Part shown: piece by piece, positions 40,578-49,970 of the stretch | Numbering within the stretch: the first letter of the stretch is position 1 | How the letters are laid out: the number at the start of each line of letters is the position of its first letter | NCBI GenBank assembly: GCA_022600175.1 | Contig: JAHZKW010000137.1 | Span: forward strand, 1 to 62,638 | Source: Campylobacterota bacterium | Lineage (GTDB): Bacteria > Campylobacterota > Campylobacteria > Campylobacterales > QNZT01 | Direction of reading: 5' to 3' | Length of the DNA stretch: 62,638 nucleotides | Notes under the pieces: model-generated | The model's database searches: none | Seen by the model: only the letters and a program-made list of their open reading frames with translations | Told to the model about the DNA's origin: nothing | Program-made: the position numbers and the translations under genes

Positions 40578-42008
40578 CTAGCATGAGTAAGTTGATTTAA
40601 ACTCAAATGCTGTTGGACGTGACTCATCAGGCCAAACCTGTGTTTCAAATTTGTAGTGTTGGTATGTATCTATAAACTCAGGTGTCATTACTGGTGTTAG
40701 GAATTCATTATCACGGATTAGTGCTTCTAAACATCCTCTTAGAGTATGAGGCATTTGTGGAATACCTTTTTCTCTAATCTCATCAAGTGTAAGTTCAAAT
40801 AGATCTTCATCCATTGGACCCACTGGAACCATTTTGTGTTTAATTCCATCAAGCCCAGCAAGAAGCATTGCTGTAAATGCAAGGTAAGGACAAGCAGTTG
40901 AATCTGGGAAACGCATCTCAATTCTTGTTGCCATTTCACCTGCACCATATGGAATACGGCAAGATGCTGATCTATTTTGAGAAGAGTACGTTAGGATTGA
41001 AGGTGCTTCAAATCCTGGGATAAGTCTTTTGAAAGAGTTTGTTGACGCATTTGTAAATGCAGCAACTGCACGTGCATGGTGAAAGATACCACCGATATAG
41101 TGGATAGCTGTTTCACTAAGGTTTGCATATTCACCTTCATTATAGAAAAGGTTTTTGCCATCTTTCCAAATCGATTGGTGTACGTGCATACCGTTACCGT
41201 TGTCACCAAAAAGTGGTTTTGGCATAAATGTTGCAGTTTTACCATTTAGATGTGCTACCATTTTTACAACATACTTGTATTTTTGTACGTTATCTGCTGC
41301 TTCCACAAGTGTACCAAATTTAATACCGATTTCACCCTGTGCTTGTGCAACTTCATGGTGACCAAGCATCACGTCAAGACCAACTTCTTCAAGAATTTGC
41401 ATCATTTCAGCTCTAAGATCTACCATTGTATCAGTTGGCATTACTGGGAAATAACCACCTTTTGTTCTTGGTCTATGACCTGTGTTATAATCATCAGCAA
41501 AGCTAGTGTCATCATTCCATTCACCTTCTATAGAGTCAACTCTATAGTGAGATTCATTAATCTCATCTTTGATGACAACATCATCGAAGATAAAAAATTC
41601 ATTTTCAGGACCGAAATATGCAATATCAGCGATACCTGCTTCACTAATATACTCTAGTGATTTTTTAGCGATACTTCTTGGGCACTTTTCATACATTTGT
41701 CCTTTGTAGATATCATAAACATCACAGAAAACAATTATTGTAGAGTCAGCCGTAAATGGATCCATAAATGCACTTTCAACATCTGGCTTTAAGATCATGT
41801 CAGATTTGTTAATTGGCTGCCACGCTTCAATTGAAGAACCATCAAACGGCATACCGTTCTCTAAAAGTTGTGCATCGATTGCTTTATAGTTATATGTAAG
41901 ATGATGCCATGCAACTTTGATAACTGTAAATCTAAAGTCTACAAATTGTACTTCATTCTCTTTACAAAAACTAAAAAACTCATCAACACTATTTACAAAT
42001 TTACCCAT
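40578..42008 (-). CDS. glnA: Glutamine synthetase type I
   Basis: [37 protein letters not shown] and NSFKRL motifs. 476 aa. Confidence 0.97.
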   Translation of the reverse strand: MGKFVNSVDEFFSFCKENEVQFVDFRFTVIKVAWHHLTYNYKAIDAQLLENGMPFDGSSIEAWQPINKSDMILKPDVESAFMDPFTADSTIIVFCDVYDIYKGQMYEKCPRSIAKKSLEYISEAGIADIAYFGPENEFFIFDDVVIKDEINESHYRVDSIEGEWNDDTSFADDYNTGHRPRTKGGYFPVMPTDTMVDLRAEMMQILEEVGLDVMLGHHEVAQAQGEIGIKFGTLVEAADNVQKYKYVVKMVAHLNGKTATFMPKPLFGDNGNGMHVHQSIWKDGKNLFYNEGEYANLSETAIHYIGGIFHHARAVAAFTNASTNSFKRLIPGFEAPSILTYSSQNRSASCRIPYGAGEMATRIEMRFPDSTACPYLAFTAMLLAGLDGIKHKMVPVGPMDEDLFELTLDEIREKGIPQMPHTLRGCLEALIRDNEFLTPVMTPEFIDTYQHYKFETQVWPDESRPTAFEFKSTYSC

Positions 42009-42021
42009 ATATACGTCTCCT

Positions 42022-42050
42022 AAAATTTAGATGTTTTTATTGTATCTAAA
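42022..42050 (-). terminator. Weak AT-rich hairpin plus T-run after the PHP phosphatase gene
   Basis: On the minus strand, TTTAGAT-N11-ATCTAAA is followed by TTTT. Confidence 0.35.
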
Positions 42051-42079
42051 GTTAGGAAAAACTTATATGAGAATACTGC

Positions 42080-42859
42080 TTAAAAATTAATCAGTTGACG
42101 ATCACGATTTTTAAAGACAGCGCACTTATCATAAGAGAACTCTTTTGCCAGCATGACAAGTTGTTCGGAGAAGAGTCCGACTTGATCAGGTGAGTGTGCA
42201 TCACTAGAAAATGTGATAGGAATATCTAACTCTCTCATCATCGCTAAAAGGATTTTAGAAGGGTAGGCCTCTTTTACAGGTTTTCGGTATCCAGCCATAT
42301 TCAGTTCAATGACCATATCTGCTTTTTTGATTGCTTTTAATGCATTTTGCGCCATAGGTCTGATATCTTTATTGGGTAGAAAGTTAAAAACTTTGATGAG
42401 ATCAAGATGTCCAACGATATCAAAGAGCCCAGTTTTTGCCATGGATTCTATCGTGTCAAAATACTCTTGCCAAATAGTATCGATATCTTGTTCTTTATAG
42501 TGACCAATAAATTCAGGATTATCGAATCCCCATTTATTGATAAAGTGAACAGATCCTATAAAATAGTCTACCTTTGCATTTAAAACACGCTCATCGATAT
42601 ACCCTTCAAGATAGTCTACTTCATATCCTAATAGGATTTCAATATCTTCTTGATAACGTCTTTTTGCTTCTAAAACAGAGTGTTCGTAGCTTGGCATCTC
42701 TGTAAATCGCATACGATACTTTTCATCAAACTTCATAGGTGCATGATCACTAAAACCAAAATAACGTGTATTATTAATTATCGCTTTTTGGATATAATCA
42801 TCCAATTCCCCTGTAGCGTGATTACAGAGTGGTGTATGGTTGTGCAGGTCAGCAATCAT
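42080..42859 (-). CDS. PHP-family histidinol-phosphatase (HisJ-type)
   Basis: N-terminal DLHNHTPLCNHA, FSDHAP and SDAHSP metal-binding motifs. 259 aa. Confidence 0.8.
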   Translation of the reverse strand: MIADLHNHTPLCNHATGELDDYIQKAIINNTRYFGFSDHAPMKFDEKYRMRFTEMPSYEHSVLEAKRRYQEDIEILLGYEVDYLEGYIDERVLNAKVDYFIGSVHFINKWGFDNPEFIGHYKEQDIDTIWQEYFDTIESMAKTGLFDIVGHLDLIKVFNFLPNKDIRPMAQNALKAIKKADMVIELNMAGYRKPVKEAYPSKILLAMMRELDIPITFSSDAHSPDQVGLFSEQLVMLAKEFSYDKCAVFKNRDRQLINF

Positions 42860-42888
42860 AGTGGAACCCTTATTTTTTTCATTTTCGT

Positions 42889-42896
42889 ACCGATAT
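42889..42896 (+). promoter_or_regulatory. Candidate sigma-28-type -10 box (ACCGATAT) upstream of the CheZ-like gene
   Basis: CCGATAT lies 45 nt upstream of the ATG at 42941. No clear TAAA -35 element. Confidence 0.3.
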
Positions 42897-42940
42897 AGGT
42901 ATTATATACTAAATTTCTTGATGCAGGAGAGTGGTAAACG

Positions 42941-43645
42941 ATGACACAAGAAGAATTAGATGCATTGATGGCAGGCGATCTTGATCAAGAGATTGAACAA
43001 CTTGATGAGCAGGAAGCAGAAGAGGAAAGTTCTGGAAGTAGTGAAGAATCTAATATTCATAAATTTTCAGAAGAGGAGTTATTGGAGCAGGGTGTAGATT
43101 TAAATAGTGACTGGCCTCCTCCTCCCCCAACGCAAAAACATAAAGTGGTTGATCAATTAGATCATGTAACTAAAGATTCAGAAGAGAAAGCGACAGAGAT
43201 ATTTGATAAGCTTGAAGATATAAGTGGTGGGATTGAATCAATCGAAGAGATTTCACAGCAAAATCTTGTCTGTTTTCAAAACAATGTAGCACTTTTTGAA
43301 AAATTATGTGTGAAATTTCCTAATGTTGAAAGCTTTGAAACAGCACTTGCTGAAAATAAAGAGGCTTTAAAACGTATAGAGTTAAATATTGAAAGATCAC
43401 AAAGTTTATCAGATGATGCGATGATGATTATGGAAATTATGCAGTATCAAGATATTCATAGACAAAAAATTGAGCGAGTGATTAATGTTATGCGTGCACT
43501 CTCAAAATATATGCAATCTCTTTTTGACTCTGATAGAGAAGATAGTAAACGTGTACAAACTGCAAATCATATTGAAGGTGATCAAGGTGAAGTTGTGAGT
43601 GCGGATGAAATTGAAGCTTTATTAGAGAGTTTTAGTAAAAAATAG
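42941..43645 (+). CDS. CheZ-like CheY-P phosphatase (epsilonproteobacterial type)
   Basis: Acidic N-terminus. QYQD171IHRQ175KIERV has the D-x3-Q spacing of the CheZ active site. The C-terminus ADEIEALLESF resembles the CheY-binding peptide. Confidence 0.55.
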   Translation: MTQEELDALMAGDLDQEIEQLDEQEAEEESSGSSEESNIHKFSEEELLEQGVDLNSDWPPPPPTQKHKVVDQLDHVTKDSEEKATEIFDKLEDISGGIESIEEISQQNLVCFQNNVALFEKLCVKFPNVESFETALAENKEALKRIELNIERSQSLSDDAMMIMEIMQYQDIHRQKIERVINVMRALSKYMQSLFDSDREDSKRVQTANHIEGDQGEVVSADEIEALLESFSKK

Positions 43646-43732
43646 ATCTTATAGTTATGCGTTACTATATTGAGTTTTCCTTTGTGGAAGGCTCATCATC
43701 TTTATATAGAAAATAACAATACTAAGGCAATT

Positions 43733-43741
43733 TGCTATAAT
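43733..43741 (+). promoter_or_regulatory. Extended -10 promoter (TGCTATAAT) for the U32 peptidase-family gene
   Basis: Exact TGnTATAAT 27 nt upstream of the GTG at 43768. GAGGA RBS. Confidence 0.4.
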
Positions 43742-43767
43742 ATTCCTAAAACATATGAGGATATATT

Positions 43768-45027
43768 GTGCAAAAAGTTGAACTTCTCTCTCCTGCAGGT
43801 AACTTTGAAAAATTAAAAATCGCACTTGCTTATGGTGCAGATGCAGTCTATGGTGGGGTGAGTCACTTCTCTTTACGGATTAGATCAGGTAAAGAGTTTA
43901 CCTATGAGAGTTTTCAAGAAGCAATCGAATATACCCACTCAAAAAATAAAAAAATCTATGTCACAATCAATGGATTTCCTTTTAATAACCAAATTAAACT
44001 TTTAGGTGAGCATATTGCCAAGATGGCTGTTATGAAGCCAGATGCATTTATTGTCTCAACACCTGGTGTTGTCAAACTTTGTAAACAGATAGCTCCGCAG
44101 ATTCCTATTCACCTCTCTACACAAGCTAATGTATTAAACTATCTTGATGCAGAAGTCTATTATGAAATGGGTGTTGAGAGAATTATTGCTGCACGTGAAG
44201 TGAGTTTAAAAGATCTTATAAAGATCAAAGAGTATTTACCTAAATTAGAGATTGAGATATTTGTGCACGGCTCGATGTGTTTTGCCTATAGCGGGCGCTG
44301 TTTGATTAGTTCAGTGCAGAGTGGGCGTGTGCCAAATCGTGGTAGTTGTGCTAATGATTGTCGTTTTGACTATACTTTATATGCAGAGAATCCAGATAAT
44401 GGGACACTGTTTAAAATAGAACAAGATGAAGCTGGTACACATATCATGAATGCTAAAGATATGAATATGAGTGCGCATGTTGATGAAATCTTAAAGAGTG
44501 GGGTGATTGATTCATTAAAGATTGAAGGACGTACGAAGAGTCCTTATTATGCTGCGGTGACGGCAAGAACCTATCGGGCAGCGATTGATGATTATTTTGC
44601 AAAAACATATGATGCAAAAAAGTACGAAGATGAGTTAAATACAACTAAAAATCGTGGTTTTAGCGATGCTTACCTTGTGCAACGCCCTTATGAAAAAGAG
44701 GATACACAAAATCTTGAAACAGCGATGAGTGAAGGAAGCTATGAAGTTTCTGGGTTGGTATTAGAAGATGGTGAACATTTTATGTGTAAATATACTACAC
44801 TTCCAAATAGTGAAATTGAGATGATTATGCCGATGAAAAGTAGTGTTGAAGCCGTGGAAAATGAACTAGGAAAAATCTATCATCGTGACGGGAAATGGTA
44901 TATCATGTTTTATCAAATTATTACCAATACAGATAAAATACTAGAGAGTGTACACAGTGGATATATGCTTCCAATCAAGCTTCCAGGCATGCTTCCAGCT
45001 TTTACAATAATGCGTCAAAAAAGCTAA
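43768..45027 (+). CDS. Peptidase U32 family protein
   Basis: ELLSPAGNFEKLKIALAYGADAVYGG start and the U32 Cys-rich signature FVHGSMCFAYSGRCLIS...GSCANDCR. Confidence 0.88.
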   Translation: MQKVELLSPAGNFEKLKIALAYGADAVYGGVSHFSLRIRSGKEFTYESFQEAIEYTHSKNKKIYVTINGFPFNNQIKLLGEHIAKMAVMKPDAFIVSTPGVVKLCKQIAPQIPIHLSTQANVLNYLDAEVYYEMGVERIIAAREVSLKDLIKIKEYLPKLEIEIFVHGSMCFAYSGRCLISSVQSGRVPNRGSCANDCRFDYTLYAENPDNGTLFKIEQDEAGTHIMNAKDMNMSAHVDEILKSGVIDSLKIEGRTKSPYYAAVTARTYRAAIDDYFAKTYDAKKYEDELNTTKNRGFSDAYLVQRPYEKEDTQNLETAMSEGSYEVSGLVLEDGEHFMCKYTTLPNSEIEMIMPMKSSVEAVENELGKIYHRDGKWYIMFYQIITNTDKILESVHSGYMLPIKLPGMLPAFTIMRQKS

Positions 45028-45086
45028 AAAAAATTTCTAAAAAGTCGATTATAGTGGAGATAGAATTCATTATATAAGGCATATAT

Positions 45087-46340
45087 TTGCACACAATACT
45101 TTTAGTTGAGGACTCTAATTCGATCTATACTTTTTTAGCAAAAAGGATTGATGAACGTTGTAATATTATCGTTGATCTTGCACACTCTTTTGAAGAAGCG
45201 AAAGCGTTAGTCGCAAAGAACCCAAAGTACACTTTAGCACTTTTAGATGTGCATCTCCCTGATACGAGTGATACGACAATGGTTGATTTTATGTCTGATC
45301 AAGATATACCTTCAATTGTTATGACGAGTGATTTTAATGTTGATGTTTATGAAAAGTTTCGTAAGCGAAACTTGATTGATTTTGTTTTAAAAGAGTCTCC
45401 AGAATCTTTGACGTATATTATCGCTTTGATTGAGAGAGTACTTGAAAATACGAAAACAAAAGTATTGGTTGTTGATGATTCAATTACGATGAGAAGTCAA
45501 ATTAAATACTATTTACAGAGTCAGCTTTATCAAGTTTTTAGTGCTAGTGATCCTGTTGAAGGGTTACAAATTTTGGAAAAACACCCAGAGATAAAAATTA
45601 TTACGACAGATTATAATATGCCAAATCTAAATGGTATTGAGTTTTTAAAAATCATTAGACGAAATTATGACAAAAATCGAATGGCAGTTGTAGGGATCTC
45701 TAGTGATGAAAAGAGTTCAATTGCATTTTTAAAACATGGTGCAAATGACTTTATCACAAAACCATTTATCAAAGAGGGCTTTGTCTGTCGTATCAATAAT
45801 ACTGCAGAAGCACTACATAATGTAAAAAAACTTGAAGAGGTTGCCAATAAAGATTTTCTAACCAAAGTGGCAAATCGAAAATACTTTTTTGAAGAAGCAG
45901 AAGTGAACTTTGCCAAAGCCAAAGCAAAAAAAAGACCTTATGCAATTGCTATGATTGATATAGATAATTTTAAAAAAATTAATGATACTTATGGACATAC
46001 TGTAGGTGACAGAGTGATCAAAAAGCTTGCAGACCTTTTGCGTGAAAACTCTAAAGGTCATGATATCGTTGCGCGATATGGTGGGGAGGAGTTTATTTTA
46101 TACTTAAAAGATATTTCCCCTAGTTCTGCTGTGAGAATTTTGCAAAATATTTGCCAGAAAATTGCAGACTATAAAATGTTAATTTCTGAAAAAGAGACTT
46201 TACAATTTACAGTCTCAATAGGTGTTTGTACCAGCCGTCATTCAACACTTTCAGCAGCAATAGAACAAGCTGATGAATCACTTTATGTAGCAAAGCAAAG
46301 TGGTAAAAATAGAGTTGTTGATGATCTTATCATCGCATAA
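45087..46340 (+). CDS. PleD-like response regulator diguanylate cyclase (REC-REC-GGDEF)
   Basis: Two receiver domains (LLVEDS...LLDVHLPD and VLVVDDS...ITTDYNMPNLNG) and a GGDEF domain with RYGGEEF. TTG start with TAAGG RBS. Confidence 0.9.
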   Translation: MHTILLVEDSNSIYTFLAKRIDERCNIIVDLAHSFEEAKALVAKNPKYTLALLDVHLPDTSDTTMVDFMSDQDIPSIVMTSDFNVDVYEKFRKRNLIDFVLKESPESLTYIIALIERVLENTKTKVLVVDDSITMRSQIKYYLQSQLYQVFSASDPVEGLQILEKHPEIKIITTDYNMPNLNGIEFLKIIRRNYDKNRMAVVGISSDEKSSIAFLKHGANDFITKPFIKEGFVCRINNTAEALHNVKKLEEVANKDFLTKVANRKYFFEEAEVNFAKAKAKKRPYAIAMIDIDNFKKINDTYGHTVGDRVIKKLADLLRENSKGHDIVARYGGEEFILYLKDISPSSAVRILQNICQKIADYKMLISEKETLQFTVSIGVCTSRHSTLSAAIEQADESLYVAKQSGKNRVVDDLIIA

Positions 46341-46417
46341 TTTTTAAATTTCCCAAAATCTTCAAGCTCATTTTTGATAAAATGCAATGATATTATAAAT
46401 TTATTTTGGAGTATATG

Positions 46418-46915
46418 ATGAAATTTGTTTCTATTATTATTATGGGTAGTAAGAGTGATTATGAAGTGATGAAAGAGTGTGCAAACACACTTGAGAAGTT
46501 TGGTGTATTACATGAGTTGGTTATCTCTTCTGCACATAGAAGTCCGGAAAGAACACATGATTATGTAAAAGGTGCTGAGGAGAGAGGTAGTAGAGTCTTT
46601 ATTTGTGCAGCAGGTATGGCGGCACATCTTGCTGGGGCAGTAGCTGCACTGACAACAAAACCAGTTATTGGTGTACCAATGAAAGGTGGTGCAATGGATG
46701 GTATGGATGCGATGCTCAGTACAGTACAGATGCCTTCTGGTATGCCAGTGGCAACTGTAGCACTTGGTAAAGCAGGTGCCGTCAATGCAGCATATCTTGC
46801 AATGCAAATGCTCTCTTTAGATGACAAGGATCTTATGGTCAAATTACAAGAAGACAGAATCTTAAAATCAAAAAAAGTAGAGAGTGATTCAGCCGATATA
46901 GAGGTTAGACTATAA
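46418..46915 (+). CDS. purE: N5-carboxyaminoimidazole ribonucleotide mutase
   Basis: IMGSKSD, SAHRSPE and AGMAAHLAG motifs. The ATG at 46418 is best spaced from the GGAG RBS. Confidence 0.93.
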   Translation: MKFVSIIIMGSKSDYEVMKECANTLEKFGVLHELVISSAHRSPERTHDYVKGAEERGSRVFICAAGMAAHLAGAVAALTTKPVIGVPMKGGAMDGMDAMLSTVQMPSGMPVATVALGKAGAVNAAYLAMQMLSLDDKDLMVKLQEDRILKSKKVESDSADIEVRL

Positions 46916-46919
46916 CTCT

Positions 46920-47321
46920 ATGGAGTCATACAAAGAGCTTGAAGCACTGCTTGAAGAGACAGATGCCATGGATGAGGTATTGGCAGAGGAGAGATATGAA
47001 TCTACCTTAATTGATTTTAATACCCAAATTGGCTCTGATCCCAAGATTGCGACAAGCAGCTTTGTTAAAGAGAGTTTTAAAGCGGTGATGGATCTGCATC
47101 AGCAGATTCTTACTGCCAAAGAAGAGACACTTGAACAGCTCAAAGCTGAAAATAGTTTTTTAAAAGAGTCTTTATCTGTTGTACAAGAGGTGTATGATCA
47201 AGATAGGGAAACGATTAAGTTACTCTCCTCACAGATTGACTCTTTACAACAGGAGTTAGAGTTTACTAAGCGTAAATATAAATTGATGTGGAATAAAGCA
47301 GTAGAGAACTATCAAAAATGA
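46920..47321 (+). CDS. Hypothetical coiled-coil protein
   Basis: 133-aa acidic ORF with heptad-like Leu/Glu/Gln repeats. Its stop overlaps the start of the next gene (ATGA). Confidence 0.5.
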   Translation: MESYKELEALLEETDAMDEVLAEERYESTLIDFNTQIGSDPKIATSSFVKESFKAVMDLHQQILTAKEETLEQLKAENSFLKESLSVVQEVYDQDRETIKLLSSQIDSLQQELEFTKRKYKLMWNKAVENYQK

Positions 47322-47566
47322 GTGAAAATCCTAAAAGACAAAAAAAAGTCGTATTATTTACAAGTCCTGGATGTAAATGGTGTACCGTAGCAAAACAGTA
47401 TTTTCAAAAAAATGAAATTAAATTTAAAACTATTGATATTAGCAAAGATCCTAAAGCGGCTAAAGATTGTATAAATCATGGGTGCCGGGGGGTTCCTGTA
47501 GTCTTGGTAGGAAGTAGGTGGATTGCAGGATTTGATCAGAAAAAAATAGAAAAAGCATTAGGATAG
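47318..47566 (+). CDS. Glutaredoxin-like small redox protein (CxxC = CKWC)
   Basis: VVLFTSPGCKWCTVAKQYF and GVPVV motifs of the thioredoxin fold. 82 aa. Confidence 0.7.
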   Translation: MSENPKRQKKVVLFTSPGCKWCTVAKQYFQKNEIKFKTIDISKDPKAAKDCINHGCRGVPVVLVGSRWIAGFDQKKIEKALG

Positions 47567-47654
47567 ATATGAAAAAAGAATTCTCGGTATTGGCCGAAGC
47601 TTTAGTGATAGGCGTTTTGTCTGAGCTTTGTTTAGACGAAAGGAGATAATTAAA

Positions 47655-48530
47655 ATGAATAAACCGTTAAATTTTTCGCAGATGTTACTAAAACTGCAAA
47701 CCTTTTGGGCAGAGCAGGGGTGTAGTATCGTACAGCCTTATGATCTTCCTGCTGGAGCAGGAACGTTTCATAATGCAACTTTTTTAAAAACCTTGGATCC
47801 AAAGCCTTGGAGCTGTGCCTATGTAGCACCATCACGTCGGCCAACAGATGGAAGGTATGGTGAAAATCCTAATCGTTTAGGTGCTTACTATCAATTTCAA
47901 GTGATCATGCAACCAAGTCCAGATGATATTCAAGCACTTTATTTAAAAAGTTTAGAAGCTTTAGGATTGGATCTAAAAAACCATGATATTCGTTTTGTTG
48001 AAGATAACTGGGAATCTCCCACTCTAGGTGCATGGGGACTTGGCTGGGAAGTGTGGCTTGATGGTATGGAAGTCACACAGTTTACCTATTTTCAACAAGT
48101 TGGTGGGTATCCTTGTGAGAGTGTTGCAGCTGAGATTACTTATGGGACTGAGCGACTAGCGATGTATTTGCAAAATAAAGAGAATGTCTTTGATATTATC
48201 TGGAGTGAAAATGCACATGGGATTACAAGTTATGGTGATGTTCATAAAAGAAGTGAATTTGAGTTTTCAAAGTATCATTTTGAGATTGCTGACGTAGAGA
48301 TGTTGTTACAACATTTTGAAGATTATTATGCAGAGTGTAATCGTTGTTTAGAGGAGAAGTTACCACTTGCAGCTTATGATTATTGTCTTTTAGCGTCACA
48401 TACTTTTAATGTACTAGATGCAAGAAAAGCAATCTCTGTAACACAGAGGCAAAATTATATTTTGAAAGTACGTGATTTGGCTAAAGGGTGTGCGACAGTC
48501 TATAAGGAACTTCTGAGTGAAGATAGCTAA
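47655..48530 (+). CDS. glyQ: Glycine--tRNA ligase alpha subunit
   Basis: [28 protein letters not shown] and [20 protein letters not shown] motifs. The ATG at 47655 has an AGGAG RBS, whereas the tracked ORF starts at an upstream TTG. Confidence 0.96.
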   Translation: MNKPLNFSQMLLKLQTFWAEQGCSIVQPYDLPAGAGTFHNATFLKTLDPKPWSCAYVAPSRRPTDGRYGENPNRLGAYYQFQVIMQPSPDDIQALYLKSLEALGLDLKNHDIRFVEDNWESPTLGAWGLGWEVWLDGMEVTQFTYFQQVGGYPCESVAAEITYGTERLAMYLQNKENVFDIIWSENAHGITSYGDVHKRSEFEFSKYHFEIADVEMLLQHFEDYYAECNRCLEEKLPLAAYDYCLLASHTFNVLDARKAISVTQRQNYILKVRDLAKGCATVYKELLSEDS

Positions 48531-49242
48531 AATCTATGATATCTTAGATACATTAAGTCCTTTTGAGTTACAGGATGAGTGGGATAATTGTGGTCTTTTA
48601 GTTGGGAGTATGCATGATGAGATTGAAAAAATCTACGTAGGTCTTGATATTGACTCTGCTCTGTTAGATGAGATAGAGGCTCATTCATTATTGATTGTGC
48701 ATCATCCTTTAATTTTCAAAGGATTGAAAAAAATTGATTTTACAAAACATCCTGCAAATATAATTCAAAAGGCAATACAAAAAAATATTGCTATAATTGC
48801 GATGCATACTAACTATGATAAAACGCATTTGAATCGTTATGTTTTAGAAGAAGTATTAGGATTTGAGGTTAAAAGCTGTGTAGATTATCTCTGTTATTTT
48901 GATGTTGATCTCTCTTTTGATCTGTTTGCTGAGAAAATTGCCTCTACTTTGAATCTACCATATATCAAATCTGTCATCTCTCATGAACATATTAAAACGG
49001 CTGCTTTATGCACAGGGGCAGGGGCAAGTTTACTAGGACATGTAGCGGCGGATTGTTTACTCACTGGAGATATCAAATACCATGAAGCACTTGAAGCAAA
49101 AGAGAATGGACTCTCTTTAATAGAGATTGGACATTATGAGAGTGAGGTGCATTTTGGCGCTTCTATACAACAAGAGTTGCAAAATTATGGTTTATTTGCT
49201 ATAATCGCGAATTCTAAAAATCCATTTAGGTACATAACATGA
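48517..49242 (+). CDS. Nif3-like dinuclear metal centre protein (YbgI/GTP cyclohydrolase 1 type 2 family)
   Basis: [27 protein letters not shown] and GHYESE motifs. Confidence 0.88.
   Translation: MKIAKIYDILDTLSPFELQDEWDNCGLLVGSMHDEIEKIYVGLDIDSALLDEIEAHSLLIVHHPLIFKGLKKIDFTKHPANIIQKAIQKNIAIIAMHTNYDKTHLNRYVLEEVLGFEVKSCVDYLCYFDVDLSFDLFAEKIASTLNLPYIKSVISHEHIKTAALCTGAGASLLGHVAADCLLTGDIKYHEALEAKENGLSLIEIGHYESEVHFGASIQQELQNYGLFAIIANSKNPFRYIT
49197..49205 (+). promoter_or_regulatory. Candidate internal extended -10 promoter (TGCTATAAT) inside the nif3 3' end
   Basis: Exact TGnTATAAT 34 nt upstream of the ATG at 49239. It could also be a chance match in coding sequence. Confidence 0.35.
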
Positions 49243-49970
49243 ACGTATATTTAAAACAACTTGTAGAATTAGTTGAGATCGATAAAAAGATTGACGCATT
49301 TGAACCAAAAATTGAAGCAATAAGAGCGGCATTAGATGCTAAGCTTGAGAATCAAAAAGAGTTAGAAGATAAGATAGAGAATCATAAAGAGTCACTTCAA
49401 GATAATGAACTTAAAAAGCGCAAAAATGAACTTCATCTTGAAGAGCTCTCTGATAAACTCAAGTCTTTAAGTGAAAAAAGTGGTTCGGTAAAGACTGAGA
49501 AAGAGATTAAAGCACTTCAACTTGAAGAAGAGATCGCTAAAGAACAAGTGGATTTTGCCAATGAAGAGATTGAGCGTTTTGATAAAGTGACTGAACTAAA
49601 AAATGAAGAGATTGAGAGTTGTACCCAAGAGATTGAAGCGATGCAAGGTGAGATTACTGAACTTCAAGCTGAGACAGATACAGCTCTAGCAACACTTGAA
49701 GAGGAACGTATGCAAGTTTTTGGAGATAAGCAAAAGCTTATGTCTGAAATGAGTCAAAATATTATTGTATTTTACGAAAAGATTAGAAGATGGGCTGGTA
49801 ACACAACTGTAGTACCTGTTAAAAAGCAAGCATGTTATGGATGTTATATGCGTATCAATGATCATACTTACTCTAATGTTATCAAAGCTGAAGAGATTAC
49901 TACTTGTCCACATTGTGGAAGAATCCTTTATTTAGAGCCTCAAGCAGAAGAGGAATCTGTAGAGAGTTAA
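49239..49970 (+). CDS. Coiled-coil plus C4 zinc-ribbon protein (DUF164; H. pylori HP0958-like)
   Basis: Long coiled coil followed by CYGCYMRI...CPHCGRILY. Position after nif3 and before waaA matches H. pylori and C. jejuni. Confidence 0.75.
   Translation: MNVYLKQLVELVEIDKKIDAFEPKIEAIRAALDAKLENQKELEDKIENHKESLQDNELKKRKNELHLEELSDKLKSLSEKSGSVKTEKEIKALQLEEEIAKEQVDFANEEIERFDKVTELKNEEIESCTQEIEAMQGEITELQAETDTALATLEEERMQVFGDKQKLMSEMSQNIIVFYEKIRRWAGNTTVVPVKKQACYGCYMRINDHTYSNVIKAEEITTCPHCGRILYLEPQAEEESVES

Noticed and set aside
41913-41930. GlnA N-terminal motif reads FTVIKV, where H. pylori and E. coli have F(S/T)D(I/T)KG.
   Set aside because: These are not the catalytic Asp50' or metal-ligand positions, and the FDGSS and all active-site motifs are intact. 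Most likely it is lineage-specific variation. It cannot be assessed without an alignment.
46508-46842. Two long antisense ORFs (99 and 93 aa) inside purE.
   Set aside because: purE is strongly conserved and fully accounts for the region. The antisense frames are Cys/His/Thr- or Ala/Pro-rich with no recognisable features, which is typical of stop-poor antisense frames in Gly/Ala-rich genes.
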